A DNA stretch of 64,000 bases from Eledone cirrhosa (GCA_964016885.1 OZ024741.1:57846001-57910000), one strand, 5' to 3'; counted from the stretch's first letter, positions 29,301 to 42,769 are shown. Notes: a model not told the origin generated them from the letters alone. Program-made: numbers and translations.

Positions 29301-31443
29301 GAATTTGGTTGTAGGCTCGTATCAAATCGAGCTTCGAAAAAATGTTACAACCTTGCAACGAGGATGCAAAATCCTGCAGATGAGGGATAGGATACCGATC
29401 GGGTACGGTCATCGAGTTCAATCGTCTATAATCCCCTGTGGGTCTCCAATCGCCAGAAGATTTTGGCACCATATGTAATGGAGATGCCCACGGGCTCGTG
29501 GACGGACGAATAATTCCGAGCTGTAGCATATGATCGAACTCGGATCGTGCTGCTTTCAGTTTGTCCGCTGGCAATCGACGGGGACGCGAAAAAACCGGAG
29601 TGCCAGTAGTAGTAATGAAATGATCCGTAGCGTGGTTCGGATCAGTGACTAACATTTTCATGAGTCAGTTGCGGGAACGATTTCAACAATCCATGATATG
29701 GGTTTCCGGAGTTAGCGATGAAGAGTGTCGGGCTAACTGTAGAAACTTCTGCTGTCCTGCCACAAAGAGAAAAACCAGTAATATCGTCGACTAGGCGTTG
29801 GTGACGGACGTCCACCGTCAAAGAAAAATGGTGCAGGAAGTCCACGCCCAAAATCGGGTATGGCAAGTCGGCAACAGTGAAAACCCATTTGAAATCCCGA
29901 CGAAGATTTCGAAACTGAAGAGGAAGCGAGATCTGTCCAAAAGTTCGGATTGGTGACTGGTTGACAGCTTGCAATTCAATCGACGACTCGGGAGGAGTTA
30001 CTGTCATACAATTAACAGGCCAAATACTGCACGAAGCTCCTGTGTCTACGAGAAAGGCTCTTCCAGACAGGAGGTCCTCTATGAAGAAATGGCGGTTCTG
30101 TTGTGTCTCGCAGAGTTCACTTGCCGCCTTTAGTGACTCTGATCTACATTTCCCGAAGCTGAATATTTACATGGAGGCCGGCAATGTTTTGCCTTCTCCG
30201 CGAAGGTGGCATGATACCAGCAAAATAATGGATTGCTGGCGGGCGAAGTAGTATGCTGACGTGGAGTCGCGAAAGAACGCGAACGACTCCTAGGCTGCCG
30301 GGAATACGGCCTATTCTCCTTGCATAACCGAGCGACTTGCTGCGACAAAGCGTCAATAGCTTTTAACATGGCATCCTCGCGTGTCGAGACGGGCTGATTC
30401 GAAATTGAAGAAGAAACAGGTAAATTAGGACCACTCATTGTCAATCTATATCAGCTTGGATGTATAAAAGTAAGTGATATTCGCATTAAAAAGAATATAG
30501 AAATTTCTTTAGATGTTCAGAACAACGGGAAAACAGTACAAATTTCCCTCAACATCCATAAAGGCAGAAGAACGGAAAAAAAATAAATGTTCTCAAGTGT
30601 CCATAACAGGGAAAATAATCCGGCGAATTTGTAAAAAAACAATCCGAAGTCGACAAGTCAAATCACTTCATGGCAGGAACTCTCAAAAATAAAATATATA
30701 TATATCGACAGCATATCACGCTGCTCAGTTAAGGTCGGGAAAAGACGGAATCACGTGATGCGTCTCAGCCAATCAGATGGCTGCATTTCGGAGAAGAAAG
30801 ACAATTGGCGGGAAAATTATCGGCAATTACAAAAATGAAGAATTCTTTTTCTTTGTCTGCTTAAAAAAAAATGTTCAAAAATGTTGATAATCATTTTTTT
30901 GTTTGTTTATTTTTGTTTGTTTTTTGTTATATATTCACTGCCCAGAGAATAAGCATAATAGAAGATATAAGGGTTTCGCTTATAAATGTTCAACCACATG
31001 TATTATCAGAAGGTTGCCATTTTATAAAGTTCGATGCTCGGGGTCAACCACTTTAGGAAAGATGGTCACCAATTTTAGAAGGCTGCGTTGTTTTACGATT
31101 TAGAGGGGAGTTCATTTCCCTAGCTTGGCTGCTAGAAAATCTCTTCTATTCGTTGTTAGGTGTAGATAAACAATTAAGCAAAAAGAACATACCTCGAGAT
31201 TATATGTACATGAGCATTTTAATCAGAGCAATAAACAAAACAGGTTATCATATCAGTTGCTCCTTGATTGGTAATTCGTAATTATCATTAGTGGCGGTGT
31301 TCAAATATCTCTGTTTAGCCACAGTGAAACGCGTCTGGTCGCCTCAAGAAACAAAGTCAAAGAGTGTGTATTCAGCTACTGACGTCAGAACTAAGTTAAT
31401 CGACTGCCTCCAAAGTAAAAGCTAGGTGGCGTGATCTTTTACA
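26350..31443 (-). mobile_element. Ty3/Gypsy LTR retrotransposon, CsRN1/Kabuki-like, degenerate
   Basis: LTRs at 26350-26762 and 31052-31443; TSD TAAG; tRNA-Trp-like PBS (tggttgaccccgag) at 31037-31050; PPT at 26763-26775; CHCC gag knuckle CWYHATFAEKAKHCRPPC; order PR-RT-RH-IN. Confidence 0.95.
27024..30444 (-). pseudogene. Frameshifted gag-pol of the Gypsy element
   Basis: Gag C-terminus 30130-30444; protease (LVDTGAS) about 30030-30060 and 29642-30007; RT/RNase H 28333-29661 (YIDD, DAS, TDHKPL, ADALSR); integrase 27024-28330 (HHCC, DDE core, GPY). Confidence 0.9.
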
Positions 31444-32323
31444 TAAGTATTTTTATCTTATTACATTAGGATAGGTTATATGTATATAAATACCTCTATG
31501 TATATTAATAATTTGCGTAAGCATTGATTGCTTATATAAACAAATATGAGTTACGAAGGATGTTGAAAATTTTATTTTCAAGTTGTGAGATTAGAATAAT
31601 TTGTGGATTCAAAAATTGTCAACATTGAGAATGTTTTCAGAATATTGTTAATTTAACGAAGCTATATAAATTATCAAACTAAAATTGTTAAAGAAGAAAG
31701 GAAAAGGAAGACCCCTTGAACGTTAATTTAGGGAAAATATATTCAGACATTTATCTATATTTATATGGAGAATTATTTATCTTATTATAATAATATATAA
31801 ATATTTATATATGTATTTTAATAATTGCATATGTGGTTTTTTTTTTAAAGGATAGTTTTTTTATAATATAAGTTACGAGGGATGTTGATTTATAATTAAG
31901 TAAAATAAATAGATGTTTGTTCCTAATATAGGTTACTAGGGATGTTGATTTTATGTAAATAAATAGGTATTTACAATGTTAAATAGGTATTTACAATTTA
32001 TAATGTTAAATTAACGGAGTTATGTATAAAAAGTTTTTATGATTGAAAGAAGGAAAGATAACTCCAATTTTATTATTAATCGCTAGTGTGGGATTAATTA
32101 TTTATTCTAAAGAAATATGAATAATTAAACACCATCCTGAATAGGATATATTTTACTAAAAACACCCTTGAAATATATATATAATAGAATAAATATGGTT
32201 TTATAAATATAGTTTCCATTTATTTAATATCAATTGAATACTTACTCCAGAAAGCTGTTGAGTGCTTTGAATCAGTTGTAAACATCTATATTTGTTGGAT
32301 TTCCAACAAATTAAATATCTATT

Positions 32324-32399
<76 letters not shown>

Positions 32400-32400
32400 T

Positions 32401-32675
32401 ATTGTTATACTTAGGGAGGGTCATCTTGTAATATTGCCAGAAATAATAACAGAACACACTCACTATTTGGTTGGTTTTTGTTTCTGCATCTTTTATATCT
32501 CCATAGTTAATTTATTTGGCAATCAATGTTTATCATTGATTGACCAGCGGTTAAAAATACAGATATAAATATATATATATATAGTCTATCAAAGTTCTTT
32601 CGTTGCACGTCTGCAACATCATCAGTGGTACTATTATGTTTCCTCCTATTGTATTGTATGTCTACGCCATAAAAC
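32401..32675 (-). mobile_element. PLE pLTR cassette with HHR at 32581-32634
   Basis: Minus strand tacca CTGATGA t gttgca-gacg-tgcaac GAAA gaac TT tgata; terminus related to 11145-11175; flanked by (TA)n on both sides. Confidence 0.7.
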
Positions 32676-32899
32676 TTATATATATATATATATATAACTG
32701 CATTAAGAAATTCAGAGCAATCCCAGTGGCTGGAACCCATGGAAGAGCAATCCCAGAGCTGGTGCTATGCTATGTGGATGAAGACAGCCACAATCATACA
32801 ATATCACCTGACCCATCCATGAGCCCTTCCCACTAGCACTCCTCCCTATCTATCCTCACCACTACTTCACCCACCATCGATGCCCCCTCCTGGACCACA

Positions 32900-33475
32900 C
32901 TTGGTTGTCCATCGTAAACGATGATGACATCTTCTTTATTTTAGTTCTCCATCGCCGCAGGGCTTTGGGAATGCACGCTAAAGAAGAAACCTGTGCGGGA
33001 AAGGTTTATAGTGAGAGAGCCAGTGCACAGTGACGGTCCCACTCACTCGGCCGCAGAAGCCAGAATCTGGTGGTATGGAGGACCGTCACGACTAGGGACT
33101 TCCTTGGCTGCAGTGGATGGCCAAACGTCTGTAGTGACTTGCCGTTCCCGAGCGCTCCACACCGCTTTCTGTCGCCGCCTTCGTGACCATTGGGACGATG
33201 TTGTCCTCCTCCACTCACTCCGCCGGGTCCAGTCTTCGCATGCAAAGGAAGGCATCCCCTATCTAACTCACCGGGGGGGGGGGTCAGACCCGTCCAGCTA
33301 CTCTCAACCAGTCAAGGCGGTTTACCAGAGTGTGGCTGCTGTCGCATGCTACAGCTTCTTGGGGCCACAGGTGAGAGCTGAGTGTCAGGTGGGACACAAT
33401 GCAGGACGAGCTGTCCTGAAAAGGGCATGGCTAGCCTCTCCTACAGAGGTACATGCCCCGCCCTGACACCCTAAG
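32900..33475 (-). mobile_element. GC-rich cassette, probably the 5' region of a non-LTR retrotransposon
   Basis: Abrupt rise in GC, no recognisable protein; the resemblance to RTE-type 5' UTRs is from memory only. Confidence 0.3.
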
Positions 33476-33529
33476 CATATACACACGTATATACATACAC
33501 ATACATATGTACATGAGTATATACATATT

Positions 33530-34014
33530 TACACATTTTTGGATGGCCATTGACTCTTATCAGTTCTACCGCCCTTTGTCATGTTTTGTTTTTTTTTGTC
33601 CTGCAGGGTGTCCAAAATCACCCTCCTCACCAAGTAAACTTGGTGTGGTTGCCAGTTTAGTCACTGACGACCCGACCATGCGACAGGTTGTACTGGTTTA
33701 CGAGTTACCAGTAGCACTAAAGCCCTTAGATATCATCACTATTGCACCCTAGTATCAAATCTCATTACCCTTTGTTCATTCCCTGTACTCCTTGATCATT
33801 TGTTATTTTGTGTCTCTCTTTTGTTCTATCCTACACCATCTTGTTTGTGAGCTGTGTCACAAATAAGTCACTGAGGAGATCACAGAATGAGTGACGAAAG
33901 AGCTTTGACAATAAACAAATAATAAACCATCTGGTTATTAAACTAACCAATTGAAGTGAAAACCAACAGGTCTGTGTGTTTTTATTGGCAACATGACCCT
34001 CCCAAAATATAACA
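33530..34014 (+). mobile_element. PLE pLTR cassette with HHR at 33867-33909
   Basis: gtca CTGAGGA g-atcac..gtga-c GAAA gagc TT tgac; same 3' terminus as 10935-11175; followed by (TA)n. Confidence 0.72.
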
Positions 34015-34038
34015 ATATATATATATATATATATATAT

Positions 34039-34570
34039 CAAGTAAGTATGTTTTGAAACAGTGAGCAGGTTTGAAATTAGAAAATATATAGCTTTCACCG
34101 TATTTTTGACTAAAGGAATTTTAGCCTGATAATGAGGTTTAGAACCCTCAGATAAATGGAAAAAGATGAGTATTGACGTACATGAGAGTCGAACCCACAT
34201 CTTTGGTTATCGCGACCACTGTGCTACCATTACACCAACACATCACCCATCTCTTTCCATTCAAATTAGAAACTACATTCTTAGCGTGTTTAAATGGCAA
34301 GTAAGTATGTTTTGAAACAGTGAGCAGGTTTGAAATTAGAAAATATATAGCTTTCACCGTATTTTTGACTAAAGGAATTTTAGCCTGATAATGGGGTTTA
34401 GAACCCTCAGATAAATGGAAAAAGATGAGTATTGACGTACATGGGAGTCGAACCCACATCTTTGGTTATCGCGACCACATCTTTTTCCATTTATCTGAGG
34501 GTTCTAAACACCATTATCAGGCTAAAATTCCTTTAGTCAAAAATACGATGAAAGCTATATATTTTCTAAT
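34039..34570. repeat. Tandem duplication (34039-34219, 34298-34478) plus inverted partial copy (34478-34570)
   Basis: Direct comparison; each unit has a degenerate HHR-like core (CTGATAA tgaggtttagaaccctca GATA) and a minus-strand tRNA-like segment. Confidence 0.85.
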
Positions 34571-36392
34571 ATATATATAGTAATAATAATAAATTTGAAG
34601 ACTAAAATGCAAAGAGGGTTCGATAAGGATAAATATATATCAAATATATAAACCACTATATAATATGGAGGTGGCCACACCATTAGCTAAGATCTTTCTC
34701 TCCCTTTTTAAGAAGCATTTCCCCCCGACACATAAATATAAATTTTTTAATAGAAATACCATTAAAATTTTTTATTCTACGACTCCTAACCTTGCACATA
34801 ACATCACTGCTTCAAATTTAGCTAAATTACCTAGCCGTAGGAACACGTGCAACCCTGTAGCTACTACTAACTGTAATTGTAGAAATCGGGTTGACTGCCC
34901 CCTATCATTGTCTACAAATGTAAGATTGAAACACCCACGTCCCGTAGGGCCTACATAGGGTTAACCGCCAATAGATTCAAGCAGCGTCTTTACATGCATA
35001 CCCATTCTTTTCTTAACCCTTTATGAATGAATATAACGTCACTTTCAGCTTATATCTGGAGTCTAAAAGACAACCACACCCAATATAGGTTACACTGGGA
35101 GATCCTAACTAAGGCTAGATCGTATAACGGAAATAAAAGACCATGCGACCTCTGCGCCGCTGAAGCCCTGGAAATACTCTACGCCAATGACCACATCTTA
35201 AACAAAAAATCTGAGGCAATTTCGGCTTGTAAACATAAATTGCATAAAACTTTCCTGTATTACAGCCTCACATTATACCCTAACGGATAGTACGAACAAT
35301 ACGCGGATAATTTACGTCTTGATGTGGTAGCTAAGTATATTTTATGTTTATACCACTACTTATTTGTATAGGTAAGTATATATTACCTGTATGTTTTGTG
35401 AAGGTACGTATACTTTCTCGTATGTATATTTGCTTGTATTTGTTATAGGTGTATATATTATATTATATATACTGGTACATGCGTATATGATTATGTGTAC
35501 TAGCAGAAAAACCATCCTTTGGGTGGTTTTCTGCTAGCATGTGTAGTGTGTATATTGATATTATACGCAAATATATATACATGTAGATACGATACATCAA
35601 ATAAAATCGTAATTGACAATATATAATGCATAGAAATTGAACGAAGACTGTGTTACACTGTCTTATTTAATCAGTAACGTAATCCATGATACATTAAAAA
35701 AGACGATATTATATATAAACTGCATTAGGAGAAAATTAGTGACGGAAAATGAGTATGTTTATTTAAGCGATCGCCATCGGAAATGTTGACATTTCAGAAA
35801 TTTTAAAGAAGTGAATCTTTAAATAAACAAAATATATTTAATGAACAGCCACGAAATTTAGTAGATAAATTATGTAATATTCATTCATTATTTATTCAAA
35901 GTAATCCAACTTATTTCACAAACGGGATAAAAAAATAAAAAAACCATACGCAATCCCGCAGACCTTCCTTTATTATAGTTTATATACATGTATTTTGCGT
36001 TTGTGTGTGTATGCGGGTTTGCACGTATGTAGGGTGTGTACTTTGTGTTTTGGTTGACGTATGTTTAGCGAACATATGTGTTTTACCTGTAGGTATGTGT
36101 GTGCGCCCGTTATATACGTATTTATGTGTGTATATTTATATACGTTTATATAATTATATGTATACACACACACATAACTGAGGTAAGAAATGTGTGCGGG
36201 TACAGGTGTTGCGCGGGTTTTTGTATGTGTGCGGGTGTTTTCGCGTATGCATGTGTATGTACGTATATGGATGCGTGCATGTATTTAATTATTGTTGATT
36301 TCAATAACCTCTGTAATTTATTTACATTATTCTTAACTCTGAAGCCGAGAATCATTCGGTTTCCTAAATAGAATTTTAGTCTACGACTTCAT

Positions 36393-36647
36393 TTATACCA
36401 TAAACGTGGTTTTGTCTTTGCGTGTAATTGTTCTCTCGCACCACATAATGACATATTATCTTCGCTTTTTCCCGTCCATTGCCAGGGAATGTCTCCACGA
36501 ACCACCTAAATAGAATATTATTCTAAGAGTTCGTTTATACCATAAACGTGGTTTTGTCTTTGCGTGTAATTGTTCTCACCGCTCCAAATAATGACGTATT
36601 ATCTTCGCTTTTTTCCGTCCATTGCCAGGGAATGTCTCCACGAACCA
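36393..36647. repeat. Two-copy direct repeat (~113 bp units)
   Basis: ttataccataaacgtgg...ctccacgaacc at 36393-36505 and 36535-36647. Confidence 0.9.
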
Positions 36648-36725
36648 AAGTATCGTCTTCCTGTTTTCCTTCGGTTGCAATGTTTTTCGAAATATTTACT
36701 TCTGCGTTCACAGATTGATTTTTTT

Positions 36726-36776
36726 AGTTTCAGAAGATCCCGTTAAGGGTGAAAGCAGCGATTCTTTGCTTAAACT
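36726..36776 (+). ncRNA. Type I hammerhead with one core substitution, at the PLE 3' end
   Basis: agttt CAGAAGA t ccc-gttaa-ggg t GAAA gca..tgc TT aaact; all three stems pair. Confidence 0.6.
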
Positions 36777-36787
36777 TTAATCTGTTA

Positions 36788-36874
<87 letters not shown>

Positions 36875-37148
36875 TAGATGTGTCTTTGCACATATAAGCT
36901 CACATATCTGATGAGATGTCAAAAAAGAGTTGAACCTCGTCACCTTGATTGTATCCTGAGCTGATCAATATTGAAACTAAATAAAGTTTGCACTTATGTT
37001 GCAACACTGATTTCAACTCTTTTAAATCTATTTACACTCTGCACACCACAGTTGAAACACTGGAATACAACCCAAACGAAATAGACCTCAGAACAGTATC
37101 AAGTGCTTCAAACAGTGTGCCACCTGTAACTATTGTTACACACTTAAC

Positions 37149-37292
<144 letters not shown>

Positions 37293-37412
37293 TATTCTAT
37301 AAGTTGAGCCAACTTATGCAGCTTCATATGCAAATGAGATTAATCACCTCATTTACACAGATCAGAAAACTATATATTCTCAACTGTTTTCAAGTTCAGC
37401 AGTCACAAGAGG

Positions 37413-37458
37413 GATTGTCCTGGTGAGAACCAGTTAAGTTCGAAATGCATCAACGATT
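37413..37458 (+). ncRNA. Degenerate minimal hammerhead in a ~340 bp cassette between (TA)n tracts
   Basis: gattgtc CTGGTGA gaac-cagttaa-gttc GAAA tgca TC aacgatt; palindromic stem III atgcat. Confidence 0.55.
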
Positions 37459-37636
37459 GTCCCACTTAATTCTGCTGGACACCCCCAGAGGGCGATAGCC
37501 CACAGTGTTTTTTGCATAACGACAGCTTTCTAAATGTTTATCTATAAACATACCGTGTTTCTTTAGAAATATGAAATTATAGTACATATCTGTATACAGC
37601 TATGCCTGAAGCTAAATCCTAATTCTAATATATATA

Positions 37637-37714
<78 letters not shown>

Positions 37715-38149
37715 ATATACACACATTCACATGCACATATATATGGTTAATGTGTGTGTTATTATGTGTATACATGTTCTAAAGGTATAAAGTGGTATTT
37801 TAAATGACCTATATGACTCTACAAAGGATATAACAAATAAAACAAATAAGAGCTAAAATTCTTCAATAAAAATTAATATTTGTTAAGCACCAAAAACTGA
37901 AGAAATGTTAGAAATAGAGGTAATCATTTTCATGATGTTGGAATCTCTTTAGAGATATTGTAATGGCTTGTTAACATAATCACTTCAGAAAAAACATCCT
38001 CTGGAAAATATTGAGCTTTCAGTAACCAACGTGAACCAAGAGTTAAATATGGGTATGTAAATGTATGTGTATATGTCCAACCCATGCAAGTATGGTGAAA
38101 CAGACATAAAAGAGTTGATGATATATAGAGAGAGATTTAATATACTAAC

Positions 38150-38390
38150 TATGGTGCCATTAAGGTGTTTCACTGAAATGTTTTCTCGGATCTTTCACCG
38201 AGACTACCAAAGCAATTGTACTTAAATGACAGCATAAATTAGTGGAATAAATCTTCAGATACTACAAACGTTTCCCACAGATTCAGTGTTCTTCCAACTT
38301 TGAATAATCTTTATTAAATCTATTCTTGCTATATCATGTGTTAAACTAATATCATCTCTGTACTGTATAGTTCTCCCATGTTGTTTTTAC
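38150..38390 (-). pseudogene. Exon-like segment (5' end lost at LINE tail)
   Basis: Donor A|gttagt; the phase-1 frame LKIYSTNLCCHLSTIALVVSVKDPRKHFSETP*WHH joins the exon starting at 21035. Confidence 0.3.
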
Positions 38391-38414
38391 TTGTTGACTT
38401 TTCACATACATACA

Positions 38415-40125
38415 TGATGATGATGGCTGCAACTCAATTTCGTTAAACGAGTTGTCCTGTTGTGGGCAATCCTAGGTCAGGTGACCATGTCTTGCTCATA
38501 CAGGATTGATTCTGGCTTGGTTTCTACAGCTGAATGCCCTTCCTAATGCCAACCTCATTTACAGTGAGTACTGGGCGCTTTTTGTTGTGACATCTACGCG
38601 ACCACTTTACAGTGTGGACTGAGTGCTTTTTGTCATGACACCTACATGACCACTTTACAGTGTGGGCTGGGCACTTTTTGCCATGTCACCATCACGACCA
38701 CTTTACAGTGTGGGCTGAGGGCTTCACTGGATGCATTTACTTTGGCCTATCCTCATGGGGGTGTATGGGGGGTAGGTTGGGGCATACTGTATATATATGC
38801 TTCGGCCTGTGCCTGTGGCAAGTCAGGTCTTCTGTATTTTTGTGTATCGCCAGAGATCTCAGTCCAGTGTCATCATCTTTGAGAGGTGCAATTGGGCAAG
38901 GTCAGTTTTTATCACCTCATCCCAAGTCTTCCTGGGTCTCCCCACTCCAAGGCTTCAATCGACTTTGAGCGCTCTACACCTTTTTATGCAGCTGTCATCC
39001 TTCATACGCATCACATATCCATACCAATGTAATCTCCTCTCCTGCACACAGCATTTGATTCCTCTTATGCCTAGTTTCTCTCTCACTTCATTTATGCTTC
39101 GCCATTCTTTCATATTACTATTACACATCCACCGAAGCATGCAAGTGTTATTCCTTTCCAATCTACGCAAGTCTTCTGCACAGTGCCCAGATCCCACTAC
39201 CATGCAATATTGCTGTTAGTATGCACACGTCATACAATCTGCCTTTCATTCTGATGGAAAAGCCTTTTGCAGCTAGCAGTGGAAGTAGCTCCCTGAACTT
39301 CTTCTATCTCATTCTTACTTTGGTTACTGTACTTTCAGAATACCCACCACTGTTGCTAATTCGGTCACCTAAGCAGCAGAAGTTGTCAACTGTTTCTACA
39401 GAGCCCTCCCAGAATTTGGTAGTGCTTGTTTCCTGTGGTTGTTTGCTGCTTACTGTTCCATTGCAACTGCTACATGTAACGCCTACATTCTTAGCTAAAC
39501 TTCCTGAGATCCCACTACATTTCTTGTGTACCCATAGTTTGCATATGGAGCAGAGGATGGAGTATCTACCTACACCTTTCCTACATACTGAGCAAGGCTA
39601 TTTCCCTGAGGGGACCAGGGTTCTGTTTTCTCTTCTACTTACTAGGACCTTAGTCTTTGCCATGTTATCTTTAAGACCCCTTCTTTCTAGGCCCTGCTTC
39701 CATGTTTGGAATTTCTTCTCTAGTTCTACCTATGAGTGTAAGATCATCTGCATATAGAAGTTCCCATGGTCAGCCAGTCATAAACTCTTCCGTTATCACC
39801 TGCAAAACGATGATCAACAGGAGTGGGCTAAAAACAAAGCGCTGGAGGACGCCAACTTATACAGTAAATTCCTCGCTATAGTCATTGTTAATCCGGACTT
39901 TGCTGACTGCTCCTCTATACATGACTTGTACAGCCTTCACAAGTCACTCATCTACTCCTAGATTTCTAAGAGCCCATCAGATTATGTCACAGAGCATTCT
40001 GTCAAAAGCTTTCTCCAGATCAACAAATGCCAGGTAGAGCAGCTTACTTTTAGCTAGGTACTTTTCCTGTAACTGTCTCACAAGAAAGAGTGCATCAGTG
40101 GTGCTTTTGCCTGGTACAAATCCAG
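38415..40125 (-). mobile_element. RTE LINE 3' half with extended 3' UTR (subfamily B)
   Basis: RT and C-terminal remnants (LAFVDLEKAFD, RRLERN..MLRWMC, RLHWYG). Confidence 0.9.
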
Positions 40126-40207
40126 GTACATACATATATATATGTATGTATATTTATGTGTGTGTGTGTGTATACATACATACTTATATATATACATATA
40201 TACAAAT

Positions 40208-41810
40208 ATGCTGAAGGCATCAGGAGAAGTAGGCACTAAACTGGTTGCACGCATCATCAATCAAGCTATATATGGCAGTGTCATACCCAAAGACTGATGC
40301 AGCAGTATTCTCATAAATTGCTACAAAGGTAAAGGGGATGCAATTATAGGGGCATAAAACTGGTGGATCAGGTTATGAAAGTGGCAGAGAGAATATTAGC
40401 GCAACTAATTAGAGAAAGGGTCAAATTTGATGAGATGCAGTTTGGTTTTGTGCCTCGGAAAAATACAACAGATGCCCTCTTCTTAGTGAGACAACTACAA
40501 AAGAGGTTCTTAGAGAAGAATAAGCCACTATACTTAGCTTTTATTGACCTAGAGAAGGCATTTGATAGGGTACCCTGATCTGTCATCTGGTGGTCCCTAA
40601 AGAAACTAGGTGTAGAGGAATGCCTTGTGAGGACAGTGCAAGCTATGTACAGAGGTGCTGTCAATAAAGTGAGAGTAGGAATGGAGTTTAGTGAGGAATT
40701 CCAGATACAAGTAGGAGTACATCAGGGTTCGGTCCTCAGCCTGCTCTTTTTCATTATAGTCCTCCAAGCCATAACAGAGGAGTTTAAGACTGGCTATCCA
40801 TGGGAACTTCTCTATGCTGATGATCTGGTGCTTATAGCAGAATCAGTAGAGGAGCTAGAGAATAAATTCTGGCTACGGAAACAGCAGTTGGAATCAAGAG
40901 GACTGAGAGTGAACCTAGCTAAGACAAAAGTGTTGATAAGTAGAAAAGAGGACAAAACTCTGATTCCATCAGGGAAATAGCCATGTTCGATATGTAGAAA
41001 AGGAACTGGCATAAATTCTATAAAATGTACACAATGCAGATCTTGGGTACACAAGAGATGTAGTGGGATAGCAGGCAAACTAACAGGTAGGGAAAACTAC
41101 GTATGCAGTAGATGTACAGGGAAATTTGACAGTAGAAATCGCAGTGATAGACACATTTTTCAAATGCAGGTGGGTTCTATAGAAGTGGTTGATAGCTTCT
41201 GGTACCTAGGTGATCAGATTAGCATGAGAGGGGGGTGTTCCGAGGCCATAGTATCTAAAATAAGGACGGGTTGGAAGAAGGTTAGGGAGCTGCTTCCTCT
41301 GTTGACAAAGAAGGGTTTCTCCCTGCATTCAAAAGGCGTTATATGATGCCTGTGTGAGATGCACAATGCTGCATGGTAGTGAGACATGGGCAGCAATTAC
41401 AGAGGATATGCGATGGCTGGAGAGAAATGAAGCAAGCATGCGCCGTTGGATGTGCAATGTCAATGTGCGTGAACGACCAAGCATAGATGAGTTGAGAGAG
41501 AAACTGTGTATAAGAGGGATAAGTTGTAGTGTGCGGGAGAGAAGATTGAGATGGTATGGACATGTGATGCACATGGAGGATGACCGCTGAGTAAAGAAGT
41601 GCCAAGAAATCCCAGTAGAAGGAAGACGTAGTAGAGGAAGACTACGAAAAATATAGGCGGAAGTGGTGAGAACAGACCTCAGATCGCTGAAGCTCGCGGA
41701 GGAGATGACGAAGGACCGCGACAAGTGGAAAGATGCTGTGCTGAATAGGACCCATCCCACCCTTGCAAGCAGGGAAAAGCGGACGTAAAATGATGATGAT
41801 GATGATGATA
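40208..41810 (+). mobile_element. 5'-truncated RTE LINE (subfamily A)
   Basis: RT fragments 40363-40980 (YADD), C-terminus and (TGA)n tail. Confidence 0.93.
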
Positions 41811-42557
41811 TACATCATTTAGAGGTGATTTCCACAGGAGTTATAATCCTATAAAAGTCACTTATATTTTAAATTAAATTAAATACTCTCTCTGCTTTAT
41901 GTATTAAGTACCTTAATTTAACTGCACTTTCCTTTTGTTCTTTAATGGGAAACCATTCTATTACATATATATAGGAGTTCTGATCTATTAATCCATAGTA
42001 CAGTTTTATAGTACAGTAAATATATAAGCTGATTTATCATTTTTTTGCGATTGTGCTACAATGTTTCAGTAAAATGAGCATTCACAAATCCTTTTTAGAT
42101 GAGGCTTGGTGAACACTTGCTTTGTTGAAACATCATAGCTATGTTGTAAGAAAATTATTAAATCAAGATATATATTTATTCCAAATTCTCTGTGCTGCAT
42201 ACTACATAGGAAGCTGGTCAGCTGAATGATGTAAATGATGACATAAGAAGCAAAAGCTTTACATTAAAGAAAAAATGAATTACATAAGAACCCAGTAACT
42301 GCCTCTTCTGTAAAGCTGAAAGAATGTGTATTGATTGCTGATCATAAATGAAACGCCTATTTCATGCAAGTTTTTCTCTTCAACTATTCATCTAAATTCT
42401 GTTATTATTGTTATTATTAATACTAACAAACACATTTAAGACGAAAGAAAAATTATTCAACTTCCAATTTAGCAAACTTTCAACAATTTAATTATATTTA
42501 ACTGTATTTCAATATTTTCTTGATGTCAGAGGCACAAATTTTTATTTTCTATCTTAC

Positions 42558-42740
42558 AAGGTCATCCATCACATTTGCAAAATTGATAGTTTCTTCCACT
42601 GCAGTTTCTTGTTGAAATTACAAATGTAAGGCCATCAAACATTCAATCATAAATATTGATTTCTTTTCTCTTCGACCAATTCTTCAAGATCAAAATTTAC
42701 AGAGTAGGGTGAGAACATTACCAATTTAATGTCTTCCCCA
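42558..42740 (-). pseudogene. Exon-like segment, frameshifted
   Basis: Donor |gtaaga; reads SGEDIKLVMFSPYSVNFDLEELVEEKRNQYL; no clear acceptor. Confidence 0.3.
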
Positions 42741-42769
42741 GATAATTAGTTATATAGAAAGGAAAAAGG

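Larger units (their letters stand above)
25971..32320. mobile_element. PLE-like element with inverted termini (25971-26349 + 31444-32320), interrupted by the Gypsy element
   Basis: 25971-26008 is the reverse complement of about 32168-32206; the same family occurs at 60866-61237. Confidence 0.6.
34640..36790 (+). mobile_element. 5'-truncated Penelope-like element: GIY-YIG endonuclease remnant plus long 3' region
   Basis: 34665-35290 translates KHFPPTHKY.FFNRNTIKIFYS..N, CNCR...CPL, YIGLTANRFKQR...H..SF, TSLSAYIWSLK, CDLC..E, typical of the PLE C-terminus. Confidence 0.85.

Noticed and set aside
32993-33466. 157-aa ORF as a host gene
   Set aside because: No recognisable domain or splice context; long ORFs are expected by chance in GC-rich sequence.
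34172-34240. Functional tRNA gene
   Set aside because: A and B boxes are present, but no convincing acceptor stem was seen and it lies within a repeat unit; SINE heads elsewhere were rejected likewise.
36393-36647. U3 snoRNA-like sequence (aaaaccacg on the minus strand)
   Set aside because: Only a 9-nt match; other box motifs are absent.
36908-36995. Additional HHR candidates (CTGATGA...GAAA here; CAGATGA...GAAA at 145-203)
   Set aside because: Stem I or stem II pairing is too weak, or the core is mutated; not distinguishable from chance.
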